A stretch of 59,807 nucleotides of DNA. It comes from Octopus sinensis. Lineage: Eukaryota. Each line of letters opens with the position of its first letter. The stretch's first letter is position 1. Of this stretch, positions 50,096 through 59,807 are shown piece by piece. The position numbers and the translations under genes were made by a program. The stretch spans positions 1 through 59,807 of the forward strand of contig NW_021832543.1 of the NCBI RefSeq assembly GCF_006345805.1, written 5' to 3'. The notes below the pieces were generated by a model, which was not told the origin of the DNA, made no database searches, and saw only the letters and a program-made list of their open reading frames with translations.

Positions 50096-50756
50096 TGTGT
50101 GTATGTATATGTATGTATGTATGTGTGTGTATGTGTATGTGTATATGTACATATACGTGTACGCTCGTGTGTTTATGTATATGTAGGTACGTAGAGTTAT
50201 GTATGTGTGTATGTATATGTACATATGTGTAAGTATGTATATATATATATATTATATATATATATATATATGTGTGTGTGTAAGTTTATATGTATGTATC
50301 CGTCTGTATAATAGGTAACTGCACGTATATATACTTAATATTTATTATTTATTTTTTGAGTATGCATGTATGTATATGAATAACTGCACGTATATATATT
50401 TTATTATTTATTTTTTGAGTATGCATGTAAGTATATGAACATAAGGAGGCGCGTGTGTGTGTGTGTATGTGTAAGCATATGTATAGATATATGTATACTT
50501 TGACGCATGTGTGTACTTATGTGTATATATGGATGCGCGTGTGTGTGTGTGTATGGGTATGCATGTATATGTGTATGTGTGTGTATGTATATGTGTATGT
50601 ATGTGTGTGTATATATGTATATGTATGTATGTACATGTATGTATGTGTATATATATATATATATATATATGTAGGTCCCGGGTTGATTCGGGGTTAACCA
50701 CAGTAAATAAGGTACTCAATACATAGCAGAGTAAAATTAATTTATTATATAGAAGG

Positions 50757-50807
50757 AGCTTCTACAGGACTAGAACTGTTTCATTCAAGAGAAATCTTCA
50801 GGAAGCT
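50757..50807 (-). ncRNA. Type-I hammerhead ribozyme motif, copy 2 (CUGAAGA core)
   Basis: Same fold; N7=A; stem III loop UUCUAGUC; predicted cleavage after 50763. Confidence 0.7.
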
Positions 50808-51097
50808 AGTTAACAAGAATTGTATTGGCATTTATACATTTAGGCAGGTTTAAAGGGGTGGTGGTGGGGGACTTTTTGGGGGTAGGCAAAGCGCAAAATA
50901 TCATACTTGGGGGAGTGGTCAAGGAGTCAGTGGTAAATTAGATAAAAGAATGAATAAAAGAATAAAAGAATAAAAAAATAAAAAAATATATATAGAAGAA
51001 TAGAGTTTTAGGTAAATAAGGAGATTCTCACTTATACCTATACACATATGTATACATATATATACACACACACACACATATACATACACTCATACAT

Positions 51098-51142
<45 letters not shown>

Positions 51143-51471
51143 TGTACCTATACATACGTACACATACACACATATTATTACATACAAATACAAGACCCAT
51201 TCCCTAATTTTAATTTTATTATCTTCATTTATTACTTTTGTTATCTTTGACCGCTGGTTACAAGCATCTTGGCTACGACAGCAAGTCCATTTATCTTTCT
51301 ACTTGAAAACAAGCACTCATTCACGCACGCACACTCACTCATTCGGACACTCATACACATACACGCACGCGTTATATTCATACATACATACATCCACATA
51401 CGCGTACCCACAGATTCATGTCTACACTCTTAGAAGGCTAGTCTATGTATTGTATGTAGGTGTATATGCAG

Positions 51472-51527
<56 letters not shown>

Positions 51528-51873
51528 ATATATATTTATTGGTGTATATGTATAGACTAGCCTTCTAAGAGTGTAGACATGAATCTGTGGGTACGCGTAT
51601 GTGGATGTATGTATGTATGAATATAACGCGTGCGTGTATGTGTATGAGTGTACGAATGAGTGAGTGTGCGTGCTAATGAGTGTGCGTGTGTGAATGAGTG
51701 CTTGTTTTCAAGTAGAAAGATAAATGGACTTGCTGTCGTAGCCAAGATGCTTGTGACCAGCGGTCAAAGATAACAAAAGTAATAAATGAAGATAATAAAA
51801 TTAAAATTAGGGAATGGGTCTGTATTTGTATGTGTATATATATGTGTGTATGTGTACGTATGTATAGGTACAC

Positions 51874-51919
<46 letters not shown>

Positions 51920-52208
51920 ATGTATGAGTGTATGTATATGTATGTGTGTGTGTATATATGTATACATATGTGTATAGGTATAAGTGAGAATCTCCTTATT
52001 TACCTAAAACTCTATTCTTCTATATATTTTTTTTTATTTTTTTATTCTTTTATTCTTTTATTCATCCTTTTATCTAATTTACCACTGACTCCTTGACCAC
52101 TCCCCCAAGTATGATATTTTGCACTATGCCTACCCCCAAAAAGTCCCCCACCACCACCCCTTTAAACCTGCCTAAATGTATAAATGCCAAATACAATTCT
52201 TGTTAACT

Positions 52209-52259
52209 AGCTTCCTGAAGATTTCTCTTGAATGAAACAGTTCTAGTCCTGTAGAAGCT
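52209..52259 (+). ncRNA. Type-I hammerhead ribozyme motif, copy 3 (CUGAAGA core)
   Basis: AGCTTC CTGAAGA TTTCTCTTGAAT GAAA CAG TTCTAGTC CTG TA GAAGCT; predicted cleavage after 52253. Confidence 0.7.
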
Positions 52260-52453
52260 CCTTCTATATAATAAATTAATATATATATATATATGTATAT
52301 ATATATGTATGTATATATATATATGTATGTGTATATGTATGTATATGTATGTGTATGTATGCACGTATATGTATGTATATGTACATGTGTGGGTATGTGT
52401 ATGTGTATATATATGTATGTATGTATGGGTGTATGTATGTATGTATATATACG

Positions 52454-52486
<33 letters not shown>

Positions 52487-52904
52487 TATATATATATGTA
52501 TTTGTATGTAGGTGTATATGTATGTGTGTATATATATTTATTGGTGTATATGTATGGACTAGTCTTCTAAGCGTGTAGACATGAATCTGTAGGTACGCGT
52601 ACGTATGTGTATAAATGTGAATGTATGTAGATGTATGTATGTATGAATATAACGCGTGCGTGCGTGTATGTGTATGAGTGAGTGTGCGTGCTAATGAGTG
52701 TGCGTGCTAATGAGTGTGCGTGCGTGAGTGAGTGCTTGTGTTCGAGTAGAAAGATAAATGGACTTGCTGTCGTAGCCAAGATGCTTGTGACCCGCGGTCA
52801 AAGATAACAAAAGTAATAAATGAAGATAATAATAAAATTAAAATTAGGGAATGGGTTTGTATTTGTATGTATATGTGTGTATGTGTAGGTATGTATAGGT
52901 ACAC

Positions 52905-52984
<80 letters not shown>

Positions 52985-53143
52985 ATATATGGACTTGTGT
53001 GTGCATGTGTGTATGTAGATATGTGTGTGTATGTGTGTATGTGTATGTGTGTGTATGTATATATTTTTGTGTGTATATGTATATGTATATATGTGTGTGT
53101 GTGTGTGTATATATACATGTGTGTGTGTATATATATGTGCATA

Positions 53144-53186
<43 letters not shown>

Positions 53187-53495
53187 GTGTGTGTATATGT
53201 ATATGTATATATGTGTGTGTGTGTATGTATGTGTGTATGTATATGTGTGTGTGTGTGTGTGTATATATATACATATGTGTATATGTATAAGTGAGAATCT
53301 CCTTATTTACCTAAAACTCTATTCTTCTATATATTTTTTTATTCTTTTATTTATTCTTTTATCTAATTTACCACTGACTCCTTGACCCCTCCCCAAAGTA
53401 TGATATTTTTGCGCTATGTCTACCCCCAAAAGTCCCCCACCCCACCCCTTTAAACCTGCCTAAATGTATAAATGCCAATACAATTCTTGTTAACT

Positions 53496-53546
53496 AGCTT
53501 CCTGATGATTTCTCTTGAATGAAACAGTTCTAGTCCTGTAGAAGCT
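53496..53546 (+). ncRNA. Type-I hammerhead ribozyme motif, copy 4 (CUGAUGA core)
   Basis: AGCTTC CTGATGA TTTCTCTTGAAT GAAA CAG TTCTAGTC CTG TA GAAGCT; predicted cleavage after 53540. Confidence 0.7.
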
Positions 53547-53557
53547 CCTTCTATATA

Positions 53558-53616
<59 letters not shown>

Positions 53617-53935
53617 TATATACATATACATGTATATACATTCATATATATATATATATATACACGCACACAATGAAAATTAAAATATTGCAAAACAAAT
53701 GTCTTACTTTCCAGTCAAATAAAACACCAGGTTAAGGTAGAAGAATAAATATAGATTAGTGGTACAACAAGGCACCAATGTTTACTGGAAATAGCAGTCA
53801 ATAGATTTACGACCCTGTAGTAAAGCTTCACTGTGTATATATACTGGGAAAGACGCGTGAAGGCTGGGAACATAAAGACTTCCATCTTACCTCTAGGAAG
53901 AACATTAGATAAATGAACAACCCGGAATCGGATAA

Positions 53936-54000
53936 TCTAGTACCTAGGTTTCAGACCCTTTAAATACGTTTGTAAATTTGATTAGTCTTCTTCATTTAGA
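53936..54000 (-). ncRNA. Decayed minimal hammerhead motif of a second family
   Basis: Minus strand: UCUAA AUGAAGA AGAC...GUCU GAAAC CUAG GUA CUAGA; two substitutions (C3, stem I 2.1) from a perfect fold with palindromic stem III ACCUAGGU. Confidence 0.45.
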
Positions 54001-54147
54001 TATACCTGGACAATACTTCAAATGTATATATATATATATATATATATATACGTAATAATGAAGGGTGAAATTAATTAATTTGGAAAAATTATCAATTACA
54101 CCAAGTAGTCTTCGGCATGTAAAAGCCTCATTCGAGGAAAATTTAAG

Positions 54148-54293
54148 TAATACTAAGCAATAAGGGTTTAGCAACGAGTTGCCTTACCACATACCGAATT
54201 TAGAAATAGAAATAGCTATAACCCTTTGACTGCTATTTCTAAATTCGGTATGTGGTAAGGCAACTCGTTGCTAAACCTTATTGCTTAGTATTA
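54148..54293. repeat. Palindrome, ~61-bp arms, 23-nt loop
   Basis: 54148-54209 vs 54233-54293, identical except for one G indel. Confidence 0.95.
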
Positions 54294-54306
54294 TATATAT
54301 ATATAT

Positions 54307-54387
<81 letters not shown>

Positions 54388-54812
54388 TATATGTATACAT
54401 ATATACTATTGTTTTATTGTTTTCTTTTACTCATTTCAGTCATGCAGCTGTGGTCATGCTGGAGCACCACCATATATACATATATAGACAGATAGATAGA
54501 CAGACAGACTGAGTTTCTTACTTAAAAGCAATTTCCAAAGTCTTCTCCTTTCTTCCGTGGGGTGGAGGGTGGAGGGTGTATCAGATTTCTTTTCACACAG
54601 TCTTCATGTCTGCCCAGGTCTTGAGGGGTGTGGCACATCCCTACGCACACACATTAGCATGCAGGTGGTTGCACACACGCATACATATATACACACACAT
54701 ACACATGAATAGAAATTGCAAGAGGTCAAAATAATAAGCAAAAAAAAAAAAGAGAAAAAGGAAAAAAAAAACCGGTTGTTGTGCATTATTGAATGAAAGG
54801 ATTAATACCTGC

Positions 54813-55031
54813 TGAATAGAAGAATCAGGTGAGTTTTATTTGAAAAGATGAGATTTAGGCCAGCTACAATGTCACCTGTGTTTATGTCTAAGTAAAAACA
54901 TACGTAAGAGTGAGTGTGTGTGGGCAGATGTGCTTGGGTACACATTTACTTATACATAAATACAGATATATTTATGACCTTACCCGAAAACAATTGTTTG
55001 AAATAAAACTCACCTGATGTTTCTCTATTCA
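54813..55031. repeat. Imperfect inverted repeat with an 18-bp perfect core
   Basis: ATCAGGTGAGTTTTATTT (54824-54841) vs AAATAAAACTCACCTGAT (55001-55018), with TGAATAGA/TCTATTCA flanks. Confidence 0.75.
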
Positions 55032-55409
55032 AGAAGATTTAGTCATTTCACTCAATAAACCTATTTTTTAGCTTTGAGTTTGTTTTCGCAAGATTATCCA
55101 TGTTTCTGGCCCAGTCAACTGAAAACAGGTAGACACCCTACCACCACCTCAATGGCCAAGAATACCCTTATGGACAGATGGATCAGAGGCATAAGGACCC
55201 CTGAAAAAAATGTCACCTGATAGCTGCGAGTACCAAAGTTAATTTAAAGGGTCAAATGTTTTAAGTTCAATAAAAAAATATATGGCTCCTTGTCAATGAA
55301 TGCCATGTATGGAGACTATCTTTGACTAGATATTTCTCCTACAGCTGTCTTACCAGAAATATAGCATCAATAGTGCTTCTCCCTGGCACAAACCCAAACT
55401 GCATCTCAT

Positions 55410-56200
55410 CTAAACTAACTCACTCCCTATTTAGTTGGGCTATGTCCCTCTCCGTGGCTTTCATCACCTGGTCCAACAATTTCATACCTCTGTAATTAGT
55501 TTTGTCTAATGCATCACCTTTACCTTTGTAGCAATTGATTATGGTGCTGCAACACCAGTCATTGGGTATGACCCCTTTGCACATCACCTGCTTGACTATA
55601 CATGTGACTAGACTACAGCCTACACCACCAGATATTTTAAGCATCACACCAGTGATTCCTAATGAGGCAGGAGCTTTCCCTGCTTCCATACCCTTAATTG
55701 CTTTATCTACCAAGGTACTGTCAATTTGAATAGCTGATCCCTCTGTTAGGTCAACATTTGGCACACTTTTTTCCATTCAGGAACCATTTATAGTGGCATC
55801 TCCAAGTCTCTCTCTTTGCAGCATCATTAAATGCAAGTGACCCATCATCCATGCAGACACATTTCTCTCTTTTGACATCACAATTCTCTCTCACACACTG
55901 TCTTGCAATATGAAACACTTTGAGTCTCTGGTCCACACAAGAAAGAACATTGGCATCTTACCTGCTTCCCTTCTGGCTAAGTAAACCTGTCTCCTAGCTT
56001 CCCTTCTGGCGATCTGATACAGTTCCCTGCTTCCACCACACACAGTCCAGTCCTTCCATGCCTGTTTCTCTTTCCTAATGACCATGTCAACTACATTGTT
56101 CCACCACCATGCCACCTTAGGTCAAGTGGCCTTTGCATCAGCCACAGATCTGGTCAGTAGCCCGCAACAGGTTGTCCCATAGGAACCTTCAATTGTCCTC
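55410..56200 (-). mobile_element. Older decayed RTE ORF2 fragment
   Basis: WWWNNVVD...ARREARRQVYLARREA; RQCVREN; KAPASLGITGVMLK; NYRGMKLLDQVMK; homologous to 39230-39950. Confidence 0.9.
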
Positions 56201-56204
56201 CAGA

Positions 56205-57296
56205 AGTGGTGTCACACTTCTCCTGTCTCTTTTATGCAGTTGTGTATCCCTCATCTGTAGAAGTTGGTAGGCTGCATCTAGAGTCAAGGCTTTACTTCAG
56301 AAATAAGTTTGTCATCTGAAAATTTCTTCCCTTTCAAAAAAGATTTCATGGTTGGAAAGAGGTGGAAGTCAGATGGTGCGAGGTCAGGAGAGTAAGGATT
56401 TCATAGCCACAGGAGTGTGCTTTCATCTGGGCAACGTGTGTTTTGTGAACTGAGTTGTTGTCTTTGAGGAAGCAGACTCCTTTGGTCAGCCCTTTGCCAG
56501 AAAATTCATCATCACTAATCTGTGCTGGTCTAAAAAGATTGAGCATCACCTTGCCTGGTTAGGGCTGGACGCGACTCTTCTTTGGAGGTGATGAGTTATC
56601 ATACTTCCATTGTTTTGACTGGACTTTAGTCTCAGGACCATAGTGATGGACCCACGCTTCATCCTGTGTGATAGGTCTGCTGAAAAAATCCTCCTCATTT
56701 TCTTGACACATTGCCAAAAGGGCCTTGGAACAATTGACCCATTCCTGCTTTTGAAAAGATGTGAGCATCTGGGGAATCCATTGTGCTGATAACATGTACA
56801 AATGGTTGTCAATGAGTTTTTTCCCACAGATCCTAAGCTTATCTTCACTTTTTGGGTTAGTTGCCATAAAGTTCTGTGGTAATCCTCCAAAATGGCAGCT
56901 TCCACTTTATGGATGGCATCATCATCAATGGCAGAATGTGGTTGTCCAACAGTTTCCACCAATGTCCAGCCCCATTTGAACAGGTGATGCCAGTGCTTGA
57001 CTATGTTGTATGATGGTGCATCGTCACCATAAGTGCTTCTTTCATCTCATCAAAAGTCCCATTTGTTGTACGACCTTCCAAGTATAAGAACCTGATCCCT
57101 GATCTGCATTCAACTGCCTCCATTATAACAGCTTAGTCCACTTCAGCAGCCGCAAAAGACAAACGAATCCGAGTGGAAAGCTGCAATTTACAATGGGACA
57201 TGGGGAGACAGGTATGACTATACCTGTACGAGTTCCGTTTCCTGCAATAACTGGAAGTGGGTGGGTGAGGGAACATCTTTAATGAACACCCCTCAT
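56205..57296 (-). mobile_element. Decayed mariner (DD34D-type) transposon
   Basis: ITQDEAWVHHYGPETKVQSKQW; LKDNNSVH; 5' TIR-like TATGAGGGGTGTTC (reverse complement at 57283-57296); multiple frameshifts. Confidence 0.85.
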
Positions 57297-57934
57297 ATTT
57301 TTGTTAAGCCTTGTATTTATTCCAGCGATCCCTCCTTCTTTCTCACTCAATCATTATATGTCCTCCTCCCTCTCTCACTCTTTTCTCTCTCATTCTGCTC
57401 TCTCTCTTCATCTTCTATGTTTAATTTCAGAGGGAGATTTGGATGTTATTTCTAACAAGCCGAGTCACAATGCTAATATTTCAGTATAATGTGTGATTTA
57501 AAGGGATTTGACTGCTATTTCTACAAGAGAAAATATCAATACAACTATATACACAGATATACAAAAAGCGACTCCCTGCCCTCAGAAAGAATAGATTTTT
57601 TTTTCCTGATTTATGGAGAATGCTAGAAATTTTAAGGGGAGGGGTTTAATCAACATTTACTAAAAGTGATCTAGCTACCAGATAGAGATCCTGTATGACC
57701 TCATATATATGCATTAGAAATTACACTGTAATTAGAGCTTTAATTGGCTGGTAATTCCAACGAGCCTTCCTACAATGCAGTTAATTTCTTCAGACATAAC
57801 ACAGCATGGTGTGTGATTTTAGGAGATTTGACTGCTATTTCTAAAAGCATATATGTATTAATATAACTATATATGATATATATTATTGTAGTTATAGTAT
57901 GTGTGAGTGTGTGTGTGTGTGTGTGTTCATAAGG

Positions 57935-58340
57935 CAGCGTGTTGGCAGAATCCCTCACACGGCAGAGGAAATGATTCACGCCATTTCGTAGTTTCACATT
58001 GAGTTCAAATTCTGGTGAGGGTTGCTTTGCATCTAATCGTTTCAGGGTCATGAATTGAGCACAAATCAACTAATATGGTCAATGTAATCGATTAGGTGCC
58101 CACAATAATTGCAGTCCTTGTGCTAAATGTAAAATGTGAATTATTACATAATTAATAGATGAATAGAAAGATAGAGAAGGAGAGAGTGACAGAGAGAGAG
58201 AGAGAGATGTTACAGTATGTGTATGTGTATAAGCCAGTGAGGTGGAAGAATCGTTCACACACAGGGTCGATGGGGTCAATTAGCTGCCTCTACTAGAATT
58301 CCAGGCCTTGTGCCAACAGACAAAGAATAATCATATATGT
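57935..58340 (+). mobile_element. Two degenerate SINE family B copies
   Basis: AAGGCAGCGTGTTGGCAGAATC...TTGAGTTCAAATTC; a second head at ~58235. Confidence 0.6.
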
Positions 58341-58619
58341 GTATGGTAGAAAATGGTGCTCTCTGTGGGTGCCCTGGGACTGAATGTCTATACGGATGAG
58401 GGTTGCAAGGAAGGTATCTGATCCTAAAATGCTCTGAAGAAGAGCTGATAATAGATAGACAGACACACAGAGAGACAGGTCTGTGATTTAGGGAGACTTG
58501 GCTGCTATTTCTTGCAGCAGGTCTAGTGTCCATTAAGCATTGATACATGAGATATTTAAATATTTTTCTTTCTGCTTCTTTCTATATTTTGTCCATGTCG
58601 GAATTCTGATTGAAGCATC

Positions 58620-58985
58620 CCATATAATCACTCATAACAGTTTTGTGTTTTTCAGTTTCCAGGAAATTTTGTTTTAATATTTTGAAATTTAAAAAATGGA
58701 CAGTCTGGACTTTGTGCTTAAATCCCAGCAAAAGACCATAAAAGGAATTTATTGAAAGATAATGAAAACATCAATATGTAAGAGTGAGAAAGAAACAAGG
58801 AGGGTATCAAGTGGTCATGCGATATGTTAAAAATAACAGCTAAATAGCCCTTAAAAAGAACAAAAACTATCTTTTCTTTTCACTTTTGCATAACTGTATC
58901 AATTCCTGTGTTTAGAACAAATTTACAAAACTCTTCTAAAAATTCACAAAAAGGAAAAAGTTTTGAGGGGTTGTTTGGGGTGATT
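58620..58985. mobile_element. Second copy of the 26.4-kb MITE-like element
   Basis: Shares GCTTAAATCCCAGCAA, AACAGCTAAA...CCCTTAAA and TGTATCAATTCC...AGAACAAATT with 26398-26912. Confidence 0.6.
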
Positions 58986-59807
58986 ACATCAAAATTGCCC
59001 CTTCTCTTTCTCTGTCTTCATATACATGTTTGCTAAAGTCTTGCTGTTGTTTCTAGCATATGAAGTGCTGCAGTTAAATGGACCTGTTGTTCATTTGTTG
59101 AAAGACAGCCATAGAATTTATAAACTGCAGTTAATTTCAGTAGGTTGGAGGGGCATTTGGCTGCTATTTCTAACAGCTCTAGCCCTCATGTACAATTCAA
59201 CTGTCACTGGTCACATACATAAATATGTATGAAGTTATGTTAAGACACAATGGTGTTGTTAGAAGGGGATTTGGCTGCTATTTCTAACAGCTCTAACATT
59301 CTTTAACCTTTTATACATCATGAATTTAATTTTCTTTCTTTGGTCTTGATGGTTGTGGTGGTGGTGGTGGTGGTGGTGGTGTGTGTGTGTGTGTGTGATA
59401 TTGTTGGTGTTGTTGTTGCTGTCATGTCATTTCCCCCAAGCTTGTTGATCAAGTCAGTGAATGCCAGCTACAAATTTATTGTTCCACATGTGATTTGGGT
59501 GAGGTTTACCTACTTTCTCTAATAGTCCATGCTAGTGGTGGTGGTCATGGTGCCTGTCGGAGGGAGAGGATCGTATTATTGTGGTTATAGCAGTTTAGCC
59601 CCAACTCAACCCTGATCCATCAAATCTAGAAGCCAAGACATTCCAGCCATGACATACTATTTAGACTAACAATACACAGCATCTCGCCAGACAGTGAAAA
59701 ACATCAAATACCAGCAATACGTTGTTACCATTCTGCTCACGTAATTATAAGGTTTTGGGCAGTGAGTAAGTTATGGGCACTGCGTTACACTCTCTCACTA
59801 ATTAATT

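Larger units (their letters stand above)
47685..53560. repeat. Nested giant inverted-repeat (foldback) structure made of modules A (hammerhead-bearing), B, C, D and microsatellites
   Basis: Outer arms ~47759-48985 / ~52285-53558; first inner pair ~48985-49590 / ~50060-50670; second inner pair 50736-51446 / 51552-52280; diagnostic variants pair copy 1 with 4 and copy 2 with 3. Confidence 0.92.
57420..59300 (+). repeat. Six same-orientation copies of a short dispersed repeat (core GGGAGATTTG(G/A)CTGCTATTTCT)
   Basis: Cores near 57437, 57507, 57827, 58497, 59157 and 59270; others at 49726, 54226 and reversed at 4187, 53788. Confidence 0.7.

Noticed and set aside
54085-54140. Minus-strand CTCGAATGA-GGC...GCC-GAAGAC...GTA (related copy near 49620-49670)
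   Set aside because: Several insertions disrupt both core strands; at best a remote relic
137-54500. Numerous 60-270-aa ORFs of YI, CV, HT, poly-T/H/V/W composition
   Set aside because: They are translations of (TA)n/(CA)n/(CAC)n microsatellites, which lack stops in some frames

Overview
Eukaryotic, repeat-saturated intergenic or intronic DNA, most likely from an octopod cephalopod (Octopus). This is inferred from the recurrent tRNA-derived SINE families, RTE/CR1/HERO LINE types and the extreme (TA)n/(CA)n/(TACA)n microsatellite load. No intact host gene, rRNA, tRNA or CRISPR array is supported, and most of the supplied ORF track is microsatellite artefact. Recognisable decayed mobile elements: hAT, Tc1 (DD34E), two mariners, a maT/DD37D-like fragment, an internally deleted Gypsy inserted into a mariner (ATAT TSD), RTE, CR1, HERO and L1/Tx1-like LINE pieces, a Penelope-like GIY-YIG fragment and many SINEs. 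The most striking unexplained structure is a ~5.9-kb nested triple foldback (47685-53560). It is built from four copies of a non-coding module, each carrying a type-I hammerhead-ribozyme fold (CUGA[U/A]GA...GAAA...GUA, 6-bp stem I), two on each strand. Two further hammerhead-like motifs of other families and several near-perfect palindromes suggest a Penelope/retrozyme-like system that generates inverted repeats. One 182-aa acidic ORF with 11-residue repeats (27261-27809) is the only candidate for a non-TE protein. All calls were made by eye without database searches, and element boundaries may be off by several to tens of bases.
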